Source: an uncultured Gemmatimonadales bacterium (GTDB lineage: Bacteria > Gemmatimonadota > Gemmatimonadetes > Gemmatimonadales > Gemmatimonadaceae). Taken from it: a DNA stretch of 64,000 nt. Positions 56,255 to 64,000 of this stretch are shown here, one piece after another. A model generated the notes under the pieces. It saw only the letters and a list, made by a program, of their open reading frames with translations. It made no database searches and was not told the origin of the DNA. Position numbers and translations under genes: made by a program. Within the stretch, counting starts at the first letter, position 1. The number at the start of each line of letters is the position of its first letter. The stretch covers positions 2,656,001 to 2,720,000 of the forward strand of contig CAWKMU010000003.1 in assembly GCA_963850905.1 (NCBI GenBank), read 5' to 3'.

Positions 56255-56770
56255 TCAGCGCGGCTGCTCGAACCTCCCCGCCCTCCGCAAATACGGCACG
56301 AGGCCACCCGCCGACAGTATCCTCGCCGCAATCCCCGACGGTATCGTTCCTGATACCGCCGCCGCCGTCGTCTCATCCCGCACGATGACCCGCCTCCCGC
56401 TGGTCTCAACCGATATCGCGTCGCCTTCGCCAATCCCGCTGGTGTCGCACTCAATCGGCAACAACCCATTGTTGACCGCATTCCGATAAAACGTCCGTGA
56501 AAAGCTCTGCGCGATCACCGCTCTGATCCCCGCAGCCAGAATGACGGTCGCCGCGACCTCCATCGCCGATCCACACCCGAAGTTGCGCCCCGCCACGAGC
56601 ACGTCACCAGGCTGCACAGAGCTCGCGAATCCAGGATCGACAGTCTCCAACAAATACCGCTTGAGCACTTGCTCGTCGATGGTCTCCTTCTTCCGCGTTG
56701 ACGAGATGATGTAATCCGTATTCACATCATCGCCCAAGCGCCGCGCGCGGCCGGCTAGCAGAATGCTCAT
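56255..56770 (-). CDS. LeuD-like (aconitase swivel) small subunit
   Basis: DDVNTDYII, GRNFGCGSAME, SFSRTFYRNAVNNG, ILSAGGL. Confidence 0.88.
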   Translation of the reverse strand: MSILLAGRARRLGDDVNTDYIISSTRKKETIDEQVLKRYLLETVDPGFASSVQPGDVLVAGRNFGCGSAMEVAATVILAAGIRAVIAQSFSRTFYRNAVNNGLLPIECDTSGIGEGDAISVETSGRRVIVRDETTAAAVSGTIPSGIAARILSAGGLVPYLRRAGRFEQPR

Positions 56771-58029
56771 ACGCCGATCGACGACGGATCCGTGATGACC
56801 CCAGTCACCGCCGCCGCCCCGCACGCCGCCGGCGACGCGAGGTAGATCCGCGCGGTCGCAGTGCCCATCCGTGCCTTGAAGTTGCGATTTGCCGTCGACA
56901 GCACGTTCGCTCCGTCGGGCGGAATCACACCGCTCGTGCCGCAGCAGGCGCCGCAACCGGGTGCAGTGATCGTCGCGCCGATCGCCCGGAACTTCGCGTA
57001 GCTGCCATCGGCGACCAGGTGCTGCTCGACGTCGCCCGACGCCGGCGTCAGGACGAGCTGTACGCCCGGCGCAAGCTTCCCGCCGCCGCGCTCGATCACG
57101 GCGAGCGCCTCGTGAAAATCGCGCACGCGACCGCCCGTGCAGGTGCCGAGGAATACCATATGAATGCGCGTGCCGCCGGCGTCGGCGATCGGCACCACGT
57201 TCGCCGGCGAATGCGGCAGCGCGATCACCGGCGCATGCTCGGCCAGATTGATCTCGAGTACGCGCGCGTAGCGGGCATTCGCGTCGGCGACCACCGGCGC
57301 ATACTCCACGATTTGCCGCGACCGCAGAAACTCGGCCAGCACATCGTCTGCGGGGAACATCGCGGCCTTGGCCCCGCTCTCGACCAGCAGATTGCTCAGC
57401 ACGAGGCGATCATCGAGCGGGAGCTCGGCGACTTGGCCGTCGAACTCCACCGCCTGGTAGTTCGCGCCGTCCGCGCCGAGCCGGGCGACGATCGCGAGCG
57501 CGAGATCCTTCGCCGTGAGATCGCGCGGGCGCTCGCCGCGGAGTACGATGCGAATCGTGTCCGGGACGCGAAGCCAGATCTGTCCGGTGATCAGCGCGGC
57601 CGCGAGGTCGGATGAGCCAATGCCCGTTGCGAACAGATTCAGCGCGCCGCACGTCACGGTGTGACTGTCGGCGCCCAGCACGAGCTGACCCGGTCGCACT
57701 TCACCGCGCTCGATCGCGAGCTGATGACTGATGCCCTCGCCGCGCTCGTAGATGCGCAGCGCGTGCTGCGCTGCGAACGTGTGCACGAGGTCGTGATACT
57801 TCGCGGTGCCGGGGCTCGTCGTCGGATCGTAGTGATCGAGCGCGAACACCACGCGGTCCGGCCGCCGCACATGCGTGCCGCCCATCTTTGCGAAGTACGC
57901 AATCGCCATCGGCGCCGAGGCGTCGGTGCCGATGATCAGATCGGCGTCACAGACGACCGTGTCGCCGGCGCGGCCATCGGAGCCGGACTTGGCCGAGAGG
58001 ATCTGCTCGGCGATCGTCTTGCCGTTCAC
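56767..58029 (-). CDS. LeuC/homoaconitase-like [4Fe-4S] large subunit
   Basis: GISHQ, GADSHT, GTCTGGR, CGACCG, STANRNFKARMG, LASP. Confidence 0.9.
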   Translation of the reverse strand: MNGKTIAEQILSAKSGSDGRAGDTVVCDADLIIGTDASAPMAIAYFAKMGGTHVRRPDRVVFALDHYDPTTSPGTAKYHDLVHTFAAQHALRIYERGEGISHQLAIERGEVRPGQLVLGADSHTVTCGALNLFATGIGSSDLAAALITGQIWLRVPDTIRIVLRGERPRDLTAKDLALAIVARLGADGANYQAVEFDGQVAELPLDDRLVLSNLLVESGAKAAMFPADDVLAEFLRSRQIVEYAPVVADANARYARVLEINLAEHAPVIALPHSPANVVPIADAGGTRIHMVFLGTCTGGRVRDFHEALAVIERGGGKLAPGVQLVLTPASGDVEQHLVADGSYAKFRAIGATITAPGCGACCGTSGVIPPDGANVLSTANRNFKARMGTATARIYLASPAACGAAAVTGVITDPSSIGV

Positions 58030-59279
58030 GGCGCCGGCTCTGGCGCAGGGCGGGGCGATGCGACGCCTACAGCGACGGTGCCACGTGCGACCCACGCCGC
58101 GCCGACCAGATTGCCGATCGTATTCACCGCGGTGCGGCACATGTCGAGCGGGCGATCGATCGCCGCGACGAGCGCGATGCCCGCGGCCGCCTGCGCCTGG
58201 AGACCCACGGCGTTGAGCACGATGAGCGTCGTCACGAGCGAGCTGCCTGGCACGCCCGCACCCGCAAACGCAGCGGCCGTCGACGCGGCGACAATCGCGA
58301 TCGACTGTGTGGGGCCAAGCGCCAACCCGTAGATCGTCGCGAGAAATACCGCCGTCACCGCCTTGTAGACGGCGGCGCCATTCTTGTCGATCGTCGCGCC
58401 GGCCGGCAACACGAATGCCGCGACGTCGGGCGGCACGCCAAGCCGATGCGTCGCCGCCGCCATGCTGACGGGCAGCGCCACGCTCGACGACGCGGTGGCG
58501 AAGGCGAGCATCACCGCATCGGCGATGCCGCGCGCGAATGACGCGAGACCGACCCCGGCCCCGAAGCGCAGCACGGGCGCGAGCACGACCGCGACGTGAA
58601 TCGCCAGCGCGGCGATCACTGCGACGACGAACATCGCGAGGTTCGCGAGCATCGCCGCGCCAGACTTGGCGACCGTCGCCGCGATCAACACCGCGACCGC
58701 ATACGGCGCGAGCTGCATGAACCAGCCGATGATGATCATCGACAGATCGTTGAGGCGCGCGAATGCCTCGACGACGGGCTGGCGCTTGTCGCCGGGCAAG
58801 GTCGTCGCAGCGGTGGCGAAGATGCACACGGCCACGATCAACGGCAGCAGATCACCCTGCGCCGCCGCCGCGAACGGATTCTGCGGAATGATGGCGAGCA
58901 GCGCTTCCAGCAGTCTCGGCGTCGCGCTGGTTGGCGTGACGTGGCCGGCCGCCAGGGTCGGCACGAGGCCGAACGGCATCGCGCGCGCGACGCAGAGACC
59001 GACGATCGCTGCGGCGAGCGTGGTAGCAAGGAAGTACGCGAGGGTACGCCCGCCGATGCGGCCGAGCCGGCGCGGGTCGCCGAGCGATGCGATGCCGGTG
59101 AACAGGCTACCGATCACGAGCGGTACAACGACCATCGTGATCAATCGAATGAACGCGGTGCCGAGCGGCTCGAGGGCGATCAAGCCGTCGCGCAGCGGCA
59201 TGGCGAACGGAGCCTTCGAGATGGCGCCGAGCGCGGCGCCCACGAGCAAGCCGGCGAAGATGCGTGTCTCGAGCTTCAT
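58026..59279 (-). CDS. Dicarboxylate/amino acid:cation symporter (DAACS)
   Basis: FIRLITMVVVPL, AFATASSSVALP, AGVPG, DRPLDMCRTAVN. Confidence 0.92.
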   Translation of the reverse strand: MKLETRIFAGLLVGAALGAISKAPFAMPLRDGLIALEPLGTAFIRLITMVVVPLVIGSLFTGIASLGDPRRLGRIGGRTLAYFLATTLAAAIVGLCVARAMPFGLVPTLAAGHVTPTSATPRLLEALLAIIPQNPFAAAAQGDLLPLIVAVCIFATAATTLPGDKRQPVVEAFARLNDLSMIIIGWFMQLAPYAVAVLIAATVAKSGAAMLANLAMFVVAVIAALAIHVAVVLAPVLRFGAGVGLASFARGIADAVMLAFATASSSVALPVSMAAATHRLGVPPDVAAFVLPAGATIDKNGAAVYKAVTAVFLATIYGLALGPTQSIAIVAASTAAAFAGAGVPGSSLVTTLIVLNAVGLQAQAAAGIALVAAIDRPLDMCRTAVNTIGNLVGAAWVARGTVAVGVASPRPAPEPAP

Positions 59280-60379
59280 GTGACGCGTGCCGCCTGCGCC
59301 GACAGCACGTCGGCCAACGCCACGACCGTGCGCTCGACGTCGCTCATGCGGATGTCGCCCATGTGGCCGATGCGAAAGCCCGTCGCCTGATACGGCCCGA
59401 GCCCCGCCGCGGTGAGAATGCCGCGCGACGTGAGGGCGCCACGAACGTCCGCGGGCGCTACGCCGGTCGGCAGTGAGAGCGCGGTCAGTGTCGATGCACG
59501 GTCTGAGAGGGCAGGACATTGCAACGACATCCCCAGCCCTCCCGCCGCCGCACGCGTCCGCTCGGCCATCTCGCGATGGCGGGTGAGCACGTTGTCGAGG
59601 CCTTCCTCGTGAATCATCCGCAGCGCTTCGGCGACCTGCAGCACGAGGTGCACGGGTGTCGTGCCCGGGGTCTCAGGCTTGGCTTTGGAGGTCTCTGACC
59701 GAATCGCCGAAAAGCTCCAGTAGTTCCGCGGGAGGCGGGCAGCCTCGGAGGCGCGCCACGCGCGTTCGCTCAGTGCCACGAACGCGATCCCGGGGCTCGA
59801 CATCAGACACTTTTGCGATGCCGTGACGGCGACGTCGACGCCCCAGGCATCCAGCTCGAACGGCATCCCGCCGATCGACGAGACGCCGTCGATCATCGTC
59901 AGCACGCCGCGCGCGTTGGCAACGTGCGCCACCGCCGCGACATCGTTTGCCACGCCGGTCGACGAATCGGCGTACGTCATCGTGACCGCCTTCACCCTCG
60001 GATGCTCGGCTAGAAATGCATCGACTGCCGCGGGATTCACGCTCCGCTCCCAGTCCGTCTCGATCCAATGCGTGACCACACCATATGACTCGGCGAGGGC
60101 GGCCCACATCTCGCCGAACTTGCCGTTGCAGCACCCCGCGATTTCGTCACCGGCGGAGAAGAGATTGCAGATCGTCGCCTCGAGTGCGCCGCGGCCAGTC
60201 GTGTGAACCGGCAGAATCGGCTGCGTCGTGCCGAAGATCGGCGGCAAGAGCTCGAGCACCGTCGCCAACTCCTTCGCGAACTCGGGCGTCCGGTGATGGA
60301 GCATCGGCCGACCACCGGCGCGCAACACGCGTTCGGGCACGCGCGTTGGACCGGGCGTCAGCAACAGCAGCTCGCTCAC
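59276..60379 (-). CDS. Class-V PLP aminotransferase (serine-pyruvate/alanine-glyoxylate-like)
   Basis: LLTPGPT, DGVSSIGG, TASQKCL (PLP Lys), FRIGHMG. Confidence 0.92.
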   Translation of the reverse strand: MSELLLLTPGPTRVPERVLRAGGRPMLHHRTPEFAKELATVLELLPPIFGTTQPILPVHTTGRGALEATICNLFSAGDEIAGCCNGKFGEMWAALAESYGVVTHWIETDWERSVNPAAVDAFLAEHPRVKAVTMTYADSSTGVANDVAAVAHVANARGVLTMIDGVSSIGGMPFELDAWGVDVAVTASQKCLMSSPGIAFVALSERAWRASEAARLPRNYWSFSAIRSETSKAKPETPGTTPVHLVLQVAEALRMIHEEGLDNVLTRHREMAERTRAAAGGLGMSLQCPALSDRASTLTALSLPTGVAPADVRGALTSRGILTAAGLGPYQATGFRIGHMGDIRMSDVERTVVALADVLSAQAARVT

Positions 60380-61056
60380 TCGATCACGCCCTTCTTCCGC
60401 AACAGGTCATCGACGTCCGGACGAAACAGCGTACCCGCATTGATCTCGGCGATACGCTTGCGCTCGCGTTCCATCAGCTGTTGAACCAGAGTCAGCACAT
60501 CTTCGGCGTTGTCGCGTGGCACGACAACGACGCCGTCGCCATCGCCGACGATGATGTCGCCGGGCATCACCACCGTACCGCCGCACGCGATGGGGACGTT
60601 GACTTCGCCGGGGCCATCCTTGTCGCATCCGCCGGCGCAGACCGTGCGGCTGAATGCGGGGAAACCGAGCTTCCTGATGCCGTCCACGTCGCGGATCGCG
60701 CCGTCGACGACAATGCCGCCGAGCTTCGCCGCGGCCGCCGTGGTGCACATCAATTCGCCGAAGACGGCGCTCGTCGTGTTCCCGCAGGTGTTGACCACGA
60801 CCACGTCGCCCGACTGCGCCACCTGCATGGCCTTGTGGATCATGAGATTGTCGGCGGGACGCGCGCTGACGGTGACGGCGAGCCCGCACATCGAGAATCC
60901 GCTCCGCGAGCGAATGCCGGCGTCCATGAAGTTGAAGCGGCCCATCGCGTCGGCGAGGTTGGGCGAGGCGAGACCGCGAAAGCGATCGAGGAGGGTCGCG
61001 TCGACGCGCGGCGGAGCAGCGAGCACGCGAAAACCAAGTCTGCCGGATTGTGGCAT
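60376..61056 (-). CDS. RraA/HMG-aldolase family protein
   Basis: NLADAM, DNLMIH, FGELM, DGAIRD, PGDIIVGDGDGVV. Confidence 0.9.
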   Translation of the reverse strand: MPQSGRLGFRVLAAPPRVDATLLDRFRGLASPNLADAMGRFNFMDAGIRSRSGFSMCGLAVTVSARPADNLMIHKAMQVAQSGDVVVVNTCGNTTSAVFGELMCTTAAAAKLGGIVVDGAIRDVDGIRKLGFPAFSRTVCAGGCDKDGPGEVNVPIACGGTVVMPGDIIVGDGDGVVVVPRDNAEDVLTLVQQLMERERKRIAEINAGTLFRPDVDDLLRKKGVIE

Positions 61057-61260
61057 GGAGAGAGTTGCGTGGAGGAGAGTGCGCCTCAAAGAGGCACGCT
61101 GGCCGTGCCCCACGCAACTATCGCCCGCTGACCTCAGCTGAACCATTCACGCTGGGCCAAGGCCTGCCGCGGACGCCCGGCGACAGGAAGACGGTCTCAG
61201 CTTCACCCCTCGCCCCTGCCGCACCGGCCTCGGGCGTTCAGAGTGCGCCGGTAGGGGTCC
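61057..61260 (-). promoter_or_regulatory. Candidate structured 5' leader of the RraA operon
   Basis: Several nested inverted repeats; no match to the riboswitch consensus sequences I know. Confidence 0.35.
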
Positions 61261-61289
61261 GTAGTCAAGCTTGGGAGAACAGGATTGTT

Positions 61290-63152
61290 TTATGGCATGA
61301 TCGGGAGCTGGACGCGAGACGGCATTTCGGCGGAGCTGTAGACTCGCTGCGTCGCCTTGACGTAGTCAGCCGCAGTCGCCTGGTAGATGCTCGGCACAAA
61401 CTTCTGCGGGTTGCGGTCGATGAGCGGAAACCAGGTCGACTGCACTTGTACCATCAGTCGATGCCCCTTGAGAAAGACGTGGTCACGATCCCGCAGCGGG
61501 ATGGTCCAATCCGTAGCCTGTCCCGGCACGAGGGCATGCGGCTGCTCGTAGCTCGTGAGGAAGCGACCGCGTCGCACTTCCATCGCAATCGGCAGCTCGT
61601 AACCGTTGAGGGAACGCGCGTACTGCCCGGGTGCCGGCCCCTCTTCCGCGTTCCACTTGTTGGCCTGGGCGCTTTCGGGATATACGTCGATCAGCTTGAC
61701 GATGAAGTCCGCGTCCGTCCCCGAGGTCGACGCGAACAGATGGGCAGATACGGGGCCGCTAATCGTGACGTCGTGATCGAGTGGCACGCTCTCGTACGTC
61801 AGCACATCGGGGCGATGGTCGACGAATTGTTGATCTGACATCTCCCACGTCCGCCAATCTCCCCACGGGTACGTCGGTGAAATCGGGCGCCGCCGGTACG
61901 GCACCGGGTTGGCCGGATCGGACACGTATTCTCTGTAACCGCTCGTCGGTTTGGTAAACGACAGCGTTCCGTCCGCGTGCAAGTAGAGGCTCGTCTGGAC
62001 GGCCTCCTTGGGCGGCCACGCGGCGTACGTCCGCCATTTGTTCGAGCCCGACTGGAAGGTGGTCGCCTGCCACGCCGGCTTATCACCAACTCCATGGAGG
62101 TAGTAGCGGAAGAACGGCGCCTCGATCGTCTCGCGAAACTCGCGTGCCGTCTCGTGCCCACCGAATGAGACCAGGCCAATGCTGTCGCCCTTTGGCGACT
62201 GCCACTCCCCGTGATACCAAGGACCCACCACGATGAAATTGGTGTGATCGGGATCATGCTCCTCGGCGTGTTGGAAGACTTGCCACGGGCCCCAGGGATC
62301 TTCCTGATCCCAGAAGCCAGCAACGTTGAGATTCGGGACTGTGGAGGAGTGTAACTGGTCGACCCAAGCCTCCTTCTTCCAAAACGCGTCCCGGTTCGGG
62401 TGTTGCACCGTCTCGTTCCACTGGGGGATCGAGTCGTGGAGGTACTTGGTGTTGACGTTGCTCAGCGGACCGAGGTCGAGATACCACTGATAGGTGTCGT
62501 AGGTGTTGAAATTGAAGTGCCTGTTCTCGGTCTTGCTCGCCTGCTCCATGACGTCGTACTCGACGTTGTAGCTCTCTCGCAATGCGCCGAAGTGGTGCAT
62601 GTCGTCGTTCATGAACCAGTCGACCGGGGTGGCCTGCTCACTGATCGCTTTGAGCGCCGGGTGTGGCTGCAGCAGCGCCATTGCGGTCGTGAGGCCGTCG
62701 TATGAGACCCCGAACATCCCGACTTTGCCCGAGTTGTTGGGCACGTTCTTGATGAGCCAGTCAATGCTGTCGTACGCGTCGGTGGTCTCGCTGGTCGCCT
62801 TGGGGTCTTTGAGGTCTGCCTCAAAGGACTCCTTGAACACGCCCTCGGACTTGAAGCGCCCGCGCAGGTTCTGCACGACGAAGATGTACCCATCCTTTGC
62901 CAATTCCCTGAGGTTTTCGGGGACGCTGTCTGGCGCTTGGTAGGGGACACCGTACGGGGTGCGTCTGAACAGGATCGGGAGTGGCCCGCTCTGATTGACG
63001 GGCGTCAGGATCGCCGTTTCAAGGTGCACGCCGTCGCGAACTGGAATCATCACTTGGCGCAGCGTGAAAACCGGGTCGGGCTTGGCCGGAGACGAGCTGC
63101 CGGTGCAAGCTGCCAGGAGCACGGTGAAGCCGAGACAGGCTGTGTATCGCAT
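61290..63152 (-). CDS. CocE/NonD (alpha-amino-acid ester hydrolase-like) lipoprotein
   Basis: LAAC lipobox, RDGVHL, RTPYG, GVSYDG nucleophile, VQVQSTWFP. Confidence 0.92.
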   Translation of the reverse strand: MRYTACLGFTVLLAACTGSSSPAKPDPVFTLRQVMIPVRDGVHLETAILTPVNQSGPLPILFRRTPYGVPYQAPDSVPENLRELAKDGYIFVVQNLRGRFKSEGVFKESFEADLKDPKATSETTDAYDSIDWLIKNVPNNSGKVGMFGVSYDGLTTAMALLQPHPALKAISEQATPVDWFMNDDMHHFGALRESYNVEYDVMEQASKTENRHFNFNTYDTYQWYLDLGPLSNVNTKYLHDSIPQWNETVQHPNRDAFWKKEAWVDQLHSSTVPNLNVAGFWDQEDPWGPWQVFQHAEEHDPDHTNFIVVGPWYHGEWQSPKGDSIGLVSFGGHETAREFRETIEAPFFRYYLHGVGDKPAWQATTFQSGSNKWRTYAAWPPKEAVQTSLYLHADGTLSFTKPTSGYREYVSDPANPVPYRRRPISPTYPWGDWRTWEMSDQQFVDHRPDVLTYESVPLDHDVTISGPVSAHLFASTSGTDADFIVKLIDVYPESAQANKWNAEEGPAPGQYARSLNGYELPIAMEVRRGRFLTSYEQPHALVPGQATDWTIPLRDRDHVFLKGHRLMVQVQSTWFPLIDRNPQKFVPSIYQATAADYVKATQRVYSSAEMPSRVQLPIMP

Positions 63153-63338
63153 GGACAATCCGATGGGTGGAGGCCAGCTGGCGCTGGCGAAGGAGGTCTC
63201 TGCCGTCGCGGGAAATCATGGCACTCGCGAGGCGTTATCGGAATGGCTGCGATGCAATTTTATTGGATAGCTGGGATTGGCGGCCACTGGAACGGGTCAC
63301 GATTTCGCGCTCAAATCGGGCGATGACTCTTCATCCGC

Positions 63339-64000
63339 TCAAGTCGAAGTGAGCGCAACCACCGGATCGACGCGCGTCGCCTGAAACGCCGGTAAGCTCG
63401 CTGCGGCCAACGCCACCGCGCCCAAAGCCGCCGCAGCCAGTCCATAAATGATTGGGTCGTGCGCTCCGACGCCGACGAAGAGACTCGCGAGCACGCTAGT
63501 CGACACCCACGCGGCGGCGGCACCCAGCACGATGCCCGTTCCGGTCAGCGCGACAGCACGACGCATGACATCCGTCATCACATCGGCGCGACTGGCGCCG
63601 AGCGCTCGGCGAACGCCGATATCTCGCTGTCGCTGCGCCACAATGTAGGCGAGGACACTGTAGATACCGACCGTCCCGAGGATGAGGGCGACCACCGCGA
63701 ACAGTGACGCCAGAAACGTCGAGAACCGCGTTGTGCTGACAGACTGCGTCATGCGCTGGCTCATGGTTTTGACGTCGAACACGGGCACAGTCGGGTCAAC
63801 GCTCGCAATGATCCGCCTGACGGCAGTCGCTTGGGCTGCCGGGTCACCCGCGACGCGGACGGCCACCGTGGCAGCGTTGCGGGGAGACTGTGCAAACGGG
63901 AGGTAGATCTCGGGCCAGTCTTCCGTGGCGAGTCCCCCCTGCTTCACTGGCGCCGCTACGCCAACGACTTCCATCGTATCGGGCACGTCGTAGAACGTGA
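63339..64000 (-). CDS. MacB/FtsX-like ABC permease (ADOP type), 5'-partial
   Basis: VGIYSVLAYIVAQRQRDIGVRRALGA and ATRVDPVVAL. Confidence 0.88.
   Translation of the reverse strand, partial: TFYDVPDTMEVVGVAAPVKQGGLATEDWPEIYLPFAQSPRNAATVAVRVAGDPAAQATAVRRIIASVDPTVPVFDVKTMSQRMTQSVSTTRFSTFLASLFAVVALILGTVGIYSVLAYIVAQRQRDIGVRRALGASRADVMTDVMRRAVALTGTGIVLGAAAAWVSTSVLASLFVGVGAHDPIIYGLAAAALGAVALAAASLPAFQATRVDPVVALTST

Noticed and set aside
56255..58029. Canonical leucine biosynthesis leuC/leuD
   Set aside because: No leuA or leuB nearby, a catabolic-looking context and altered motifs; gene symbols withheld.
61130..61215. TPP riboswitch suggested by GGGGTG..GCTGAGA on the minus strand
   Set aside because: It lacks the ACCCxxxxACCUGAU and UAAUxCCxGCGxAGGGA core, and the downstream genes are not thiamine-related.

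Overview
High-GC bacterial chromosome segment. Gene order and content suggest Gemmatimonadota, but that is inference. Many single-base frameshifts in essential genes point to long-read consensus errors. The left ~21 kb is housekeeping: M16 peptidase, ald, mreBCD-mrdA-rodA-accD-folC-hisS-proS-lysA-phosphoesterase-guaA, PTS IIA, dusB-larB and a GGDEF protein. Next come tmRNA (tag ANNNLALAA, unusual GGCAGUA T-loop), an orphan chemoreceptor, tRNA-fMet and a long accessory region. Main highlights: (1) a ~5.6 kb integrase-less island bounded by a 41-bp duplication of the tRNA-Met 3' half, carrying one 1748-aa predicted lipoprotein with a stripped-down teneurin-like YD/RHS shell followed by VWD and three Ig/PPC-like repeats instead of a toxin; (2) a translationally coupled RraA-aldolase / class-V aminotransferase / DAACS symporter / divergent LeuC-LeuD operon behind a structured leader, probably an uncharacterised dicarboxylic amino acid pathway; (3) a 324-bp duplication that copies the ECF-fecR junction in front of a secreted deacylase beside an ECF-FecR-SusC-SusD locus; (4) GTAG-type REP elements and 7-bp intergenic repeats. 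All calls come from reading motifs by eye; no searches were run.
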